A stretch of DNA of 63,998 nt, filler included, from Hyphochytrium catenoides (GCA_900088475.1; 14 parts of 14 records of this genome joined end to end with filler, not necessarily neighbours in it); one strand, 5' to 3'. Shown: positions 49,464 through 63,119, numbered from the whole stretch's first letter. Notes: generated by a model from the letters alone, not told the origin. Numbers and translations are program-made.

Positions 49464-50178
49464 TTCATCCGTTGACATGTACAACCACACTCGCCCTGAA
49501 AATCATGCTGGTTAATGTCTAAGGTAAAAACTACCGAAAACTTCTATATTCGGAGTTGAGGTTGTTCCGTCGTCCGGTCTCAATAAACGTGAGAGTACAA
49601 GCATCTTGTATTGGTTAGATACGCCGAAAATAACACCCAAGACAGGCTGCTGGAGACATCCCGACACCTGCGAAAACGAAGCCGTTACAAGACACCATTC
49701 CCGCCTGACAATTTTCGGAGTTAAGCTTGCTCAACAGTGATATACTTTAGAGCTATCACTAGAAATCGTAACGTCGTGCGATGAGCCGAAAGTAAAACCC
49801 ATCACCGACAGGTAGGAAGCGGGCCGCTGGCTCATCAGCAGGCTGAGGCTCTCAAGAAAGGTGTCGGCGCCAGCACTGGCGCCAGGGAGGGAGAGGAAGG
49901 GACAATACGACAGAGGAGAAGAAGAAGAAGAAGATCAGAGCCCGCTGCTGCCTCGGAGCCACAAACATTGAGCATAGTTGCTTTCAGGCAATGTCTTCTT
50001 GCTGCTGGCGGGGCGAGCCCTAACCTCGTCTCTTCACTGCCCGTTCATCGTCATCGTCCGCCCAGGAGTCCCGTGCCTCCTCGGCACGCAGAGAAGCAGG
50101 TTTCTAGGAACTCAGTGAGGTTTTTAATCATTTCGCCTAGATCATCGTTGGATAGGAAGACCGAAAGGACGTGAAGGG

Positions 50179-51045
50179 ATGGCCCCCACGAAGGAGAATG
50201 ATGGTCTCGGGCAAGGCACAGTGAAGGAAGAAAGAACTAGTCCGTCGAGAATATATGACTGGCAGCCTCCAGGGGAAGGAATGCCGGAAGAAACCTTCCT
50301 AAAAAGTGAGATTATTCCCATTCCTCTCTCTCTCTGTGCTCCCTCCTGCTCATGGCCGGGCTGACTGTCAATCAACTTGCGTCTCCCAGCAGCTGTCCAC
50401 AATCTTTATATTCGCGGTGCTTTTCTATCTTCATGGTTTCCAGTTTCCCGTCATTGAGAGTCTTCTCTTTCACAGGAGCCTCACCTCATCTTCCGCCTTC
50501 CCTCCTACTTTCTTTTATTCTTCGCATCTTATCCGCCAGTCATTGGCCTCGATACACCCGCTGCACGAGTCGTGAGCCCTAAACCTGGGTACTTCATCGT
50601 GCAAGGAGTCAGCGTTTCTGGCGGCGAGCAACACATCAAACAGGAAGACCACGAACAGCGTTTCCGCTTCAAGGTAGTCCTCAGCGAGAAGGAACTTCTC
50701 AAGCTCCAGGTATCGGACCCTCGGTATAATCTCTGTGATCTCTCTTTTTCACATTCTCTTTTAGCTTGTTACTTGGCCCTCACCGGGGTTCCTCATAACC
50801 TCACCTCCTCTTGCTCTCCCTCGTGGTCTCTCCAGAGCATGCGAAGGTTACAGGCTGCAGAGGCTAAGCATGTAGAGAGAGTGAAGCACTGTTTCTCTTC
50901 GCCCCAGAAGTCTCCTCGCGGCCTTTCCACATCGGCAGTCTCTGTTCCTCTCTCCTTTTCTCTCTCATCTGGCTCCTCTTCGTCTGCAGTATCCCCTCGA
51001 CCGTCTTTACCAGCCCATCGCACATCCATCAGCCCTCCCATCTGA
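50179..51045 (+). CDS. Hypothetical protein, 3 exons, about 168 aa
   Basis: Exons 50179-50305, 50540-50709, 50836-51045 are phase-consistent GT-AG (..EETFLK|IIGLDTPAARVVSPKPGYFIVQG..FRFKVVLSEKELLKLQ|SMRRLQ..). Confidence 0.55.
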
Positions 51046-54000
51046 GCCGCCCCAGAGGACGCCCGTTTTACGGTCACGGAAGATCATCTGCCCCCGTCCA
51101 AACATACTCCTAGACCACGGTTAGGGCAGACAGTTAAGATAGGGAAGTAAGATGCACGAGGAGGGCAAAGGGCTGGCTACAAAGCACAAGGAGATTCTAG
51201 AACAAGAAGCTCAGAAGTACAACCGACCTGTCCCAGCCTGAAAGAACCTCGATATGATGGCCCTTGGCCCTAAGAGCAGCTACAGTCTCTTCAGATACAC
51301 CTGGGAAGACAAGGGACAAGAACAGAGACCATATAAGTGGGTAGCTATGCAACATAATGAAGCCAGGCATGAGAAGGACGGCCCCTCCGCAAAGGGTGAA
51401 TGGGCAAGCCAGCAGCTCTGAACTCGGAATGAGGACTATGGAAGGGACAGTAGAAGGTCAATGCAGGGCATTGCCTCAGGTAGAAACAAAAGAGCTCTAA
51501 ACTAGAGATCTAACGCAAAGAGCGAAGAAGAGAAAGAAGGAGTGGAGACAGTAGATTCTCACCTTCTTCCACAAAGACCTTAGCAAGGTCATCGTATTGC
51601 GCGTCTATGCAGAAACGGGGTTGGTCCAGCGCTAGCTGCGGATCCATATTATAGTCGATAATGTTCAATAGCGTCTGCACATGGCCTTGGGGTTGCATGA
51701 ATCCGCCCTGCGTCAACGTCAGATGATTAGAAAGGGGCTTTAAAAGGATGGTGACGGGTTCCAGGGTAAGGATGGGAAGTTCCAACAAGGCGAACAGAGA
51801 GTAAAATATTTCTCTTCAAAATGTAGCGAGGAAGAGAGAGAGAAGCGAAAGAGTGACGAGGTTAGGGTTGAACTGATAGAGTTGGCGGAAGAGTGGCAAG
51901 AAGAAGAGACCATGACAGAAAAGGTAGCAAAGAGCTCCCCATCCTTGAGAGCCATTCCAGGTATAATAGTATGGTAAGGGCGTTTGCCGGGCTTGAGAGC
52001 GTTAGGATGAGATGGATCAAGCGAGAAGTTGTGCCCTCGGTTCTGAAGTGTAAAGCCGCAGCCTTGCGGGATAATCCCTATCAATAGCGGAAGGGATAGG
52101 GGTTATGGGTTGCATGTGAGTGAAGCGAGAGTAGGGAAAGAGAAGACTAGAAAGAGGAAGAGAGAATAAACGAGAGAGAGAAAGCGAGGGAGAAAGGAGG
52201 TCGTAGATAGGACCAAACTGACTACGAGTTTCTGCGCAATACTCCCAGACATGGGCTCGCTGGTTTTTTCTCCCGTTGGATAGACTTCTCGCCTTCCGAA
52301 CTCTCTCCTCTTCAGCAACCTGCACTTCCTGCGCCTCTCAGTACCTGTGCCGAAGCCCATATAATTGCTGTTGATAAACGCGACAGCATTTCCCTCTGCA
52401 TCCACCACCTGGAAGCTAACCGTATCGCTCGAGTACTCGGGGTTACCACGCTGAGGGCCATGAATCGCCTGGAAGGGTGCAAGGGGGAAACACACCAAGC
52501 AAAACAGAGGGCATTACTCGTCTAGCGATAGAGAGTGATGAATACGAGCGTTGTGATGGCACGAGCTGCTACTTATGGCGTGGTTAGGAGTGAGAAAGAG
52601 GAAGAAGGATGACAAGCACTTCAAGAGAGCAAGGTTCTGTTTCTTCTGAGGCCCAGTCGATTTCTATACTTCTTCTCACTTTGGCTGGGTCAATGAGCTT
52701 AGCTCTCTCTGCGCCGTACTGACTGCTGAGAAGCTCCTTGATGGGAACCTTCTCCTTGTCTGGATCGGTCACGTACCACTTCGCATCGGCGAAGGCTAGG
52801 CGAAGGCTCTGACAAGAAAGAGAGTCACCGAATGTTAAAAGGGAGAGAAGTATTAGGGCAGAAAGCCAGAGGGAAGGCAGCAGACGAGTAGAAACTGTTG
52901 AGATCATACTAAAGATGTAGTCAACAAACTTCAGGCTTCGGTACCACCAAAGAAGAGAAGGTAGAGAACTTCGTAGCCTGCATCATCCTACTGAAAGATC
53001 AGTGGGATGGGGTGAAACATGATGGGATGACAGTGTTTGTCTCACCTCAATGAGCGCGTGCAAATACTCTGCGCCATTATGAGGGAGCACTGTACCATCA
53101 GAAGGGAGCAGATCTGGCCGTCCCAGTCAGTTAAGCGTCTAATTGCTTTCAAAGAGAGGACAAAAGAGGCAAAGAACGTAAAAAGTAGATAGAAATGCTG
53201 CTATGCAAGCGCTAACACTCGGTTCAGAAGAGATACAAAGACGTGAAAGTCTTAGGGAAAAAATATGAGGACACAGGCGGGAGGAAGGCATCTCTTTCAG
53301 AGAGAGGAATAAAGAAAGAGATCACCCCAAAAGACCAACGGTGGAGGGAGGAAAGGAGAACTCATGGTTTTAGAGAATGGATGAGTACGTGAAAGTGTGT
53401 TGAGCGCCAGTAGCGCTGTGATGCCTTGGCCATTAGGAGGATGTTCGTACACATCGACCCCATGATAGCGCACTGATAGAGCTTCAGGGAACGTGGTCCG
53501 GTGGTTCCGTAGATCCTAGACAGATACAGGAAGTTTCGCCATTGAATTGATCTTATGAGAACCCGGAGAACACAATGCTTCAAGAAAAAGAGTGAGAGAG
53601 AAAGCGGAGATTCGGCACTCAGTATTCTAGGCCGAGATATCCTAGTAAGACTAGCAGGGAGACGACGATACATATCAAGAGGAAAAAGTCGAAATTCGTC
53701 GGCTAGTATGGGGAGAGAGAGCAAGGTGTCCGCTATACCTCGTGCGTCAGAACTCCTCCTAAGGATTTTAGCACATTCACGATCTCATTCGCCACTCTCC
53801 CTGCATCGAGACATCAGCGGAAGGCTATCCTTAGACGAGACGGAAAACGCTTTGTTGACTTCCAGCGCCCAGCGCAAGGAGGTGAGAAGGAGAGAGAAAG
53901 GGACAGCTAGAAAGAAAGGAACAGCGAGAGAGAAAGGGGAATAGAGAGAGAGAGAGACCCTCCAGTGACACAGACGAAGAGACAACAACTACGAAAAACA

Positions 54001-55758
54001 GTGACAGAGAAGAGAACAGTAAGTGAAGAGCAAGAAAGAGCACGAGAAACAGAGAGAGAGAGAGAGAGAGAAAGAAAGAAGAGGTAGTGTAACCCCCAAG
54101 TGGAATGAGGAAACCTTCGTAGAAGCCTGCTTTCCCTTGTTCTGCAAGAGCTCGGAAAGTCCGGGCCAGATTTTGGTTCCGGAAGACCTAACGAACCGTC
54201 CTATCGGTTAACTTCCTACTCCAGTCCTTAAAAATGTCCACAGCTAGGCCGACTCACGAAGAGAGAGCACAACCACGCAAAGACGGGAAAAAGAAAGGAA
54301 AATTTGACAAAGATGTCTGCAAGAGAGGTAAGAGAGAGAGAGGCAGAGGCTATTTCTTCACGAAAGAAGAGGTACGCAATGCCTACCTCTCCAGCACGTG
54401 GAGCTCGCCCTTCAATGAGTAGCTCCTGCGGGTACAATGGAAAAGATAGAGAGGGTTCAGCAGATGAACGTCTAACTTTCCTTTCATCATCTCTCTCCTC
54501 CTTGAGACTCCACAGTCCCTGAACACTCTTCCTTCTCTCCCCTTTCGAAACAACTTTATAGAAAGCTCCTTGGTCTCTCAGCGTAGCTGTCTTTTGTCTT
54601 CAACTTGGTCACAATGCCGCATACCTTTCCGTTCGGGGAGGCACTTGATATCTTCTGGACTCTGGGGAAGACATAGAGAGGCCGTGCTGGTCAACAAGGC
54701 GTATAGGAACAGGGATAGACGGACAATGGAAGGAGAAAAGGGAAAGAGAGCAGAAAAGTAGAGAGAAGTCGGAAAGAGGAGAGAAGGGTCGAGAGATACG
54801 CCCTGGTTCGGTTTAATACATTAGAAAAGAAGACAAGGAGAAAAAAAAAGGAAGAGACTTTGGAATCGGGCAACCTTGAGAGCAGTCAGCTTACTCTCTT
54901 TCCCAATAGTGCGCTGTGATAGGACTGACTGGAAAACCTTCCTCTGCCAACTGGATGGCAGGCTCCAGGACTTGAGAGAGAGAGAGACGTCCAAAAGTCT
55001 CTACCGCATCAACCCAGCCTGCCGCCGCGCCAGGAACTGTCACAGTATGAGGACTCGAGACTGGCATCTTTACTCAGCCACGCAGTGCCCGGACGGGAAG
55101 ACAAAGAAGGTAGTAAGGTGTAGAGGCCGGGCAGTATGGTAGAGGAGAGGGAGAGAGGGAGAGAGAGAGATGGAGAGAGTGAGAGAGAGACGGAGAGAGA
55201 GAGAAGGAAGCGAGAGAGAGGGAGAGAACAGAGGCTTGGGGAAGAGGACCAAAATGACAGAGAGAGAAGGAGAACGACAGAACCAATTGTCCAAAATTCA
55301 AAATTGTCAGTGGACTTTGAAGGCTATCAAAAGAGAAAGAGAGAAGAAAGTCTTACTTTCTTGGTCTCTTTGGCTGATGGAATATCATGCAGAACTCTCT
55401 CTATCGATAGACCTGCGGGACACCTTCCGCTTCCATTCATCGCGTGGACCTGACCAAGAGACACACTATAAACACCCGGACAAGGTCCTCACAAGGACGA
55501 GAGAGAGAGACACACACAGAGAGAGGTCTCATGACTATTTGGTAGGGAGAAAGCGATTGGTTGAGGAGTGAGATAGAGATACTGACTAAAGGAGATAAAG
55601 TTAGGCTAGACTAAGGTGGCACACAGAGAGAGTGATCACACCTTTTTGCTTGCTGCCTCGTAGAAGAGCATGAAGCAATCGCCACCGATTCCAGTTGAAG
55701 TGGGCTGCGTCACTGCAGTCGACAACATTGATCGAGGAGTGGGGTTCGAGAAAGAGAG

Positions 55759-55795
<37 letters not shown>

Positions 55796-55883
55796 AGCGA
55801 GGGAGATAGTATGAAAGAAGGAGAGCGAAAGAGAGACAGAGGGAGAGAATTAAAGAAGAAGGAAACCAGAAAGAGAGAGAGCG

Positions 55884-55918
<35 letters not shown>

Positions 55919-56565
55919 AAGAGAGAGAGAGAGAGAATGGAGAATGGTTCACGGGAGAGGCATAAATATAACGCTAAATAGCATAAAGAGCATTGAGTAA
56001 GAACTAAATGCACGAAGGCCGGTGCGCGGCGCCCGCAATCAAATAGGGAAGAGAGATGGGTTTAGTCTACCACGTATAGAAAGTAAGAAAATGCAGGGAC
56101 ACTATCGATCATGAGAAGAAGAACAAAAGCCGAAAGAGGTCGGGACTGAAGGGAGAGAAGGGGAAATGTTGAGAAGGTGAAGAGAAAGGCCGAACCGTTG
56201 AGAGCAGCCGCGACAGCTACAGCAGCGTCCACGGCATTCCCTGCACGTGGAAGAGATGGGGAGTAAGATTGTCGCAAGAGAGAGAGAGAGAGTATATATA
56301 TATGAGACCTAGAGGGGAGCGAGGGAAAGAGACCCCGAAACAGACGCGATGAAGGGAATCGAACGATACGGAGAGAGGTGAGAGAAGAGAAAGGCAGGAG
56401 AGGGAGAGCAGGAGGGAGGAGAGAGAGACGAGAGACAATGAGAGAAAGAGAGAAAATGAGAGCAGTGATATATTGCGAGGCCTTACCTCCATTTCTGAGA
56501 GTTCGATAGCCAATCTCTGCCGCTAGAGGTTGAGCACATGCGACCATGCCATGTCGGGCTAGCAC
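51007..56565 (-). CDS. ggt: Gamma-glutamyltranspeptidase/glutathione hydrolase (YwrD/LmbA-type), 17 visible exons, first exon missing
   Basis: Exons 56565-56487, 56240-56196, 55712-55642, 55449-55357, 55067-54895, 54661-54625, 54425-54387, 54187-54115, 53800-53739, 53515-53389, 53113-53046, 52808-52680, 52468-52345, 52077-51911, 51707-51563, 51300-51228, 51109-51007. Motifs [33 protein letters not shown]|TVSF (autocleavage Thr), [32 protein letters not shown]. Confidence 0.97.
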
Positions 56566-56948
56566 CTACCGAGATATCACGTAGACATGCAAATATGGAA
56601 GAGAGAGAGATCAGACAGAGCGGGACAATGAGCATCAAAGTGGGAGGAAGAGAGAAAAAAGGGTGGAAGAGAGATAGCAAAGAACAGAAGAAAGGAAGGA
56701 TCAAGAGCGATGTAGGAATATGAGGAAAGAGAAGAGCTCAGACTGATGACTAGTGACAACCGATCACACTCATAAAACAGACGATCTACGCCAGAAAGAG
56801 AGGAAGAGAAAAGGAGAGAAAGAAGGAGAACGAGAGAGAGAAAGGGGGNNNNNNNNNNNNNNNNNNNNNNNNNNNNNNNNNNNNNNNNNNNNTTAATTAA
56901 TTAANNNNNNNNNNNNNNNNNNNNNNNNNNNNNNNNNNNNNNNNNNNN

Positions 56949-57560
56949 GCGGAAGCATTCGGGGTCAGCCCTCACTTCCTGCAGATGCGTTCAGATGCAG
57001 AACTGACAGGAGACTCTACAATCCTTGTCGTGGCCTCCCACTCCAACCCGTTTTCCTTTGCGGCAACATTTTACTCAGGGAGGCAAACTAAACATTACAG
57101 AGCTCGACGACAACAGAAGTGTTGACGAAGAACTTCTCTGTCAGAGTCCAAGCGCACTGCATGCCTCTCAAACAAGCGTAAATTAGCTTTACTAATCTGC
57201 CAGGCCAAAGGTGTTGTGCTATTTTAAGAGGCCCACCCGGAGTTCTAATTGACTCAGCTCCTCCGTTGGTCGAGGGTAGCTAGTTGCGCTCTTCATCATA
57301 AGTTGTATGAGGTTCGTATCGCCTGCGCCAGACTCGCGCAGACACGTGCGACGTTCGAATGATCGAATGCCTGACAAAGAGATCATAAGCTCCTCCACCA
57401 GAGTTCACAGCTATTAGGACCCTCTTTGAGCACTTTCCTCTGAATAGCTAATCCTTTGCCCAATGTTGACGAAGAAAAGTCGACTAATGCCAAGGCATAA
57501 GACCGAGCTGATCTATTCTCCGGCAGTATCACCATCCCGGTCAGGCGAGGCGAGTTAGTG
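56949..57560 (-). mobile_element. Decayed hAT-like transposase C-terminus
   Basis: Minus strand near 57040-56980 reads WEATTRIVESPVSSASERIC, like the hAT dimerisation motif LAxRxLxxPxSSAxxERxFS; many stops upstream. Confidence 0.4.
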
Positions 57561-58261
57561 GTGCTCGAGTCACACCAAAAGAGCAGCCTTTGACAACCAA
57601 AAAGCTACGTTCTGAAGATGCCTGCTGATGATCACTATTCCGGCAATATGGTGTCCTTCAGATTCATCCTCCTACCTTCAAAGAAGTAGTTCAAGGACTA
57701 GCATCACTATCAGTGCTTGTTCTGCTTTCCGACCCATCGTCCAGGTCAGGCGTTCGCCTATAGGTGGAAATACTCCTACGACATGGGGAGGCTTCCATGA
57801 TAGAGAGCGACCTCACATACAAGAGATGTGAGACTATAATCGCTATCCTGCTTGTCCCGGAGCCCGCTAATTCCCACCAATTGGAAAGCGCGGATAGGTG
57901 AGGAGGATACCCACAGTGATGATGATAAGGCTGATGACTGGTGAGCATATCGTCGGACCTTTACTCTTGTATAACCATATGAGAAAACCACTTGTTGAAC
58001 TTCAGTAAGAAGTCTCGTAGCATGTAGAGGCTTCCTATCACTGTAGAGGCCAACCTTCTCCCGATATAAGAAGCTATTAGCGAAAGTGAAGTCTGTTTGC
58101 AGACGTCCCGTAGCATGTACAGTAGAGGTTTCTTATCGCCCTATAACCCTAATCCTAAGTAGGAGCCACCCTTGCTAGGCAAGATCAGAACCTAAAATTC
58201 CCTCGTGGATTAACTTGTTCATAGATGGCATCTGTATCCTCTTTAATCATGTGAAGGCAAC

Positions 58262-58696
58262 AACGAACGATCTCCTGACTCGTGAGCCTAACTCATCTCG
58301 TCTGAAGACAGCTCTGATGACACTCAACAAACAGCGAACGATCTGCCTGACTGTTCTCGTCTGCTGACATTCACTTCCTACGCAGCGAACGATCTCTTCT
58401 TCTCCTTCTAGCTCTTGAGCCTGACTGTACTTGCTTGGTGACACTCATCAAACAGCGAACGGTCTGCCTGACTGTTCTCGTCTGCTGACATTCACTTCCT
58501 ACGCAGCGAACGATCTCTTCTTCTCCTTCTGACTCTTGAGCCTGACTGTACTTGCTTGGTGACACTCATCAAACACCCGAACGGACTACCTGACTGTTCT
58601 CGTCTGTTGACAGTTGACATCCACTTTCTACGCAGCGAGCGATCTCTACCTTCTCCTTGGCTCGAGCCTGACTGTTGTTGCTTGATGACACGCATC
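58262..58696 (+). repeat. 121-bp tandem repeat, three units plus a partial
   Basis: Units start 58318, 58439, 58560 (tgacactca.caaaca..). Each carries cagcgaacg.tct..gcctgactgt twice, i.e. a higher-order dimer. Confidence 0.93.
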
Positions 58697-59469
58697 AGGA
58701 GACGCTGCTCATTTGACAGCGGACGATGTCTCTTCTGCTTGTCGTCGTAGGAGCTACAAAAGGGTCATCTATTCCCAAACCGTGGAAGCCTTTCATAGTG
58801 TTCCATTATTAGTAGTCATCATGCTACTGACCAGAGAGCTACTCCGTTGTCGTTCTTCCCCTCTCTCTCTCTCTCTAGGATATATCTCTGAGCTCTATTT
58901 GTAGGTATACATGCGAGGTATATCACTCTGTCTCTTGCATCTCTATCTATCCCACTCTCTGTCTTTCCCCTTTCTAATAATATCACTTTTCCCTTATTTC
59001 CTTGAACCTTCTAGCATCTAGGATATATTTTCTTGCCACATCATCCCTACTGTTGGCACAGTAACCTATACCAGCATTGATATTACTACTGCTACTCTGT
59101 CTCGCAAATTCTCCCTAAAGATTCGAAGGGTCCTTTCTCTGTCTTATCTCTTCACTCTGATTCGGCAGTGAATCTAATATAATAAGGGAGGAAATGGAGG
59201 AGCGCCCAAAGGTCTGTCATTGGTCAACGCCATGAATCCTTCTATTTGCCTAAATCACGTGAGACAGAGTGTACGAGAGATGCCACTAGGGGTCAAGACA
59301 GAGGCGTAAGCTAGATAAAGTAAGAGACATAGCGCATTGTAAAGAAATGTACGAGTACGCTCAAAGGAAGACTGAATAAACTATCGAGCTAGAGACATTG
59401 ATAAGTGCCAAAAGAAAGGACAATAAGAGTGTTGAAGAGACAGCTCAAGCCAGGTGGATCCCCAGTCAT

Positions 59470-59800
59470 CATGGGCTCACATCATCACTGCGGCTGAGGA
59501 GGATTGAGGAGGATTGAGTGCACTTCTGAGAGCCTTTCCTCGCCTCTCCAGCCAAGCCAGGACCGTGATGAGAAGGGACAGGCAGAGAGGCGAGGAGAGT
59601 GGGGTGAGGCAACCTCTCGACACAGCAGCGCAGGCCTCGCCGCTAATTAACCGACCGAGCCCCACGGAACAGCGTCATAAGCTTTGATGTTTCCTCCCAT
59701 AGTGGCGGCACACATGCCAGGGACCCCTGCTGAGAGCGCGCAGAAAGCGCCGTGCTTGGTAGTGCCATCGCCAGTCATTCTATCCGATCAGCTTGTTCTC
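59470..59800 (-). mobile_element. Degenerate, internally deleted non-LTR reverse transcriptase fragment
   Basis: In order on minus strand: GNIKAYDAVPW (DxxKAYDxVxW), VSRGCLTPLSSPLCLSLLI (GxxQGCPLSPxLF), LSRSDDV (YADD-like), in shifted frames. Confidence 0.5.
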
Positions 59801-60308
59801 CGAAGGCAGCGCTCTTCCTTACGGACGGAGATCCTGGACTTGCTAGCCGTTTAGTTAGACTGTACCTTCATCTACCTAGAGCTCTCTACTCCAGCTTCAT
59901 ATAGCTGCAATCTGCAATAGCGGTCTGACAATGGAGTCTCCTGCCACTGAAGCGTCAGTTCTCGCTCGAGTGCCTCTNNNNNNNNNNNNNNNNNNNNNNN
60001 NNNNNNNNNNNNNNNNNNNNNTTAATTAATTAANNNNNNNNNNNNNNNNNNNNNNNNNNNNNNNNNNNNNNNNNNNNGTCTCCATTTTTTATTATTTTAT
60101 TCTATATTTATAGGCTAATAACTACTAAGACTAATAACTACTAAGAAGTAAGAGATGAAGAAAGAAGAAGAAGAGGAGGAGGAAGAAGAAGAAGAATAAA
60201 GAGGAAGAAGAAGAAGAAGAAAAGAAACAAGGGAAAGCTACTATGACGCCTTGGTCTCTTCCTTCTCAACCTGATCTCCTCCACACTCATCAATCAGTGA
60301 AGGAAGAA

Positions 60309-60837
60309 TCATAATTGATTCTCCTCAGTGATAATAAGGGGAGAAGGAGGAGGAGGAGCAGGTGAATCATCAACCACAATGTCATCATCAGCAACTTCAT
60401 ACGCCGCGAGGCAAGCAAGAGAAGGGTCCAACTGCTCAAGAGGAACACACTTCTTCAGAAATCTGGAGCGCATTTTCTTCATGAATTGCCATAGAGAAGA
60501 CTCTCGTGTAAAGGCGTAACCCCATGGCCAAACGGGACCATTGACCAAGAGGCCAAGTAGCATCAAGAGCAGAGCGGTCACATTGTTGAAGCTTCACCAG
60601 ATTTCTTACACAATCCACGATGCCCGGCATAGCTCCATCCCCTAAAGGCCTCCTCCCAAACCAATGGGACATACACATTGCAGCCCTACAGCCCGCCCGG
60701 CAAGGTGCCTCATACTTCTTCAACCTCGCCTTTTCAGACAAAACGACCTTGATAGCCTGTTTGTAAGACAATAAATGAAGAATGTACCCTGAAGACGCTA
60801 AGGTTAGCAGCAGAACTGCTGTAACATTATCAGTCAA
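60309..60837 (-). pseudogene. Frameshifted coding-like relic, unknown family
   Basis: Two overlapping non-repetitive ORFs (60837-60436 and 60581-60309) in different frames with no intron signals; no motif recognised. Confidence 0.25.
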
Positions 60838-61188
60838 GTACTAGCGAGCGTTTTATCATGGAAGGTAGCGCTATCGTTTTTCTCTTAAAAGGCCCTACAA
60901 TGATTATCGAAAAAAGTCAGCCTGCTAGTACAATGGATTAGTTATCATTAGCAAGTTCTTGTAGATTTTGTCATTGATTCTTGTGTAAATGTTGGTGGAG
61001 CGGTTCTGATCAGCGGCTCCAGCCATTCAATGCTGGCAACTTGTCGCTTCAATCTCTCTCTCTCTCTCTCTCGCTCTCNNNNNNNNNNNNNNNNNNNNNN
61101 NNNNNNNNNNNNNNNNNNNNNNTTAATTAATTAANNNNNNNNNNNNNNNNNNNNNNNNNNNNNNNNNNNNNNNNNNNNGAGGGAGAGG

Positions 61189-61242
<54 letters not shown>

Positions 61243-62414
61243 CAAAGAGAGAAAAAGCGCAGCGACGACGGACCCTTCACTGTGCAAGAACTGGGCAAGT
61301 GGGAGGAGGAGGGACAGAAAGAGAAAGAGAGAGTAGAGAGAGAGAGAGAGAGAGAGAGATCAAAAGAAAGAGCCATAAAAAGTGGGCTGTGAGGGAAGAC
61401 TGACAAGGAACAATCCAGACTGGAAGACGGAGTGTGACACACATGTTGAGCCTCGTGCCCAAGGCAAAAGGGACGCCAAACGTCCGATGACCAATAAGTG
61501 CAACAGAGTTCGAGGAGGCCGCATACTAATGGAAGTCAAAGAGAAGAGAAAGAGAGAGAGACACACACAAAGAGAGAGAGAAAGAAAGCCAGAGCGAAGT
61601 GCCAGAGAGAGAGAGAGCCGCTGCCCTGCACGTCAAGAAGAGCCAAGCACATGCAAAAAGAGGGAGAGCGGGAACAGCATAAGAAAGGGCGATGGGTTGT
61701 CAGAAGAAGACGAGAAAGAGAACGAATGGAACGTCTCCAGCAACAAGAGCATCGGAGCTTCTTTCTCCCTTGCAAGCCAGGGATCGCAGGGCGGAGGACC
61801 TTGATGAACTGTCTGTCGCTTCTGACGCGACATGCCTCGTCTGCAAGCCTTCGACCTTCCCACAAGCAGTGGGCGGAAGAACGACGGAGAGAGAGAGAGA
61901 GAGAGAGAAAAAAAAGAGAGAAAGAGAGAGAAGAGAGAGACAAGTGGTTGCTTACCTTAACTCAGCCGCCAAAGGCTAGCTAACGGCCAACATCCTGAAG
62001 ACAGTGGCTCCTGGACGAGCAAAAGCTCCTGTCTTTCTCTTTCTAAAGCAGCTGAAGAACAGCGGTGGTCCGGCACAATCAGAGAGCGAAGGATCAGGTG
62101 TCACCTGCTTCCGTACATAGGACCGCCGATGCTCACGGCGGGGCGTGAGGGTGCCAGAAGGTAGAACAGTGCTGAGTCAGCAGCTTAGACAATGTCTTTT
62201 GGCGCTTCGCTGTCCGACCTTCTGCTGGGCGAGGTTGAGCGTGCTGCGGGTGGAGCTCTTCTTCTTTCTTTCTGAAAACTGCTTCTTGCTCTTTGTTCTT
62301 TCTCTTTCCTCCTCTTTCAGGATCTGTCCACTATCGATCGATCCTGTCCGCCTTGAAGGCGATCCTCTCTCTCTTCTCTCTCTTTCCTCCCTGTTGTTTT
62401 TGTCTTGTTCCGCT

Positions 62415-62454
<40 letters not shown>

Positions 62455-62987
62455 CAAGTCTGCAGTAGTACATTGTTCCTGCGGTGGATCTGCAGATTCG
62501 GTTTCTCTTCACTAAAATTGGTCTTATTCGTCACGTTCGGATGCTAGGCTAGGGTAGGAGACGGAGGATATGCTTGCGTACATACACTCAACAACAACAG
62601 ATCGTAGGACCGAAAGTAGCTGGAGGGAGTACATCCTCACACTTTTCTTTATTTGTTTTGAAAGCGGGTTCCTTATTATCGGCTATCCTGCCATGATTTC
62701 GGTCGTGACCTGTACGACCCGTTTGGACTAGCGCATATATGGCCTGCAAAGCTGCAGCAATAATTTTACTCCTGAAACACAAGAGAGACATTTTTGACCT
62801 TTCACCATTGCTTCTTACAACTTTGAATAAGGGGAACAAATATGTGTGCCTCTCACTGGTTGTTCTCTCCATGCTGTCCTCAGTTTTNNNNNNNNNNNNN
62901 NNNNNNNNNNNNNNNNNNNNNNNNNNNNNNNTTAATTAATTAANNNNNNNNNNNNNNNNNNNNNNNNNNNNNNNNNNNNNNNNNNNN

Positions 62988-63119
62988 GGGAGCGGCATGA
63001 TGCTTGGAAAAGAAGGAGACATAAGGGTCAGTGAAGTAACCCTTCGCTGCTGCAGAGGCTTTGCCCGCTACTGCCTCATGAGCCGTCTCCTGGACCGCCT
63101 GGTCGTGCTCGAAGTCCAT
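62988..63119 (-). CDS. LCMT1: 5' end of leucine carboxyl methyltransferase (LCMT1/PPM1 family)
   Basis: MDFEHDQAVQETAHEAVAGKASAAAKGYFTDPYVSFF matches DxAVQxTxxDAxxxKxSAxxxGYxxDPF; runs into spacer. The paralogue LCMT2/TYW4 is not excluded. Confidence 0.8.

Noticed and set aside
58262-58696. Repeat-spacer appearance as CRISPR
   Set aside because: The intervening sequences are themselves repeated; ordinary tandem repeat.
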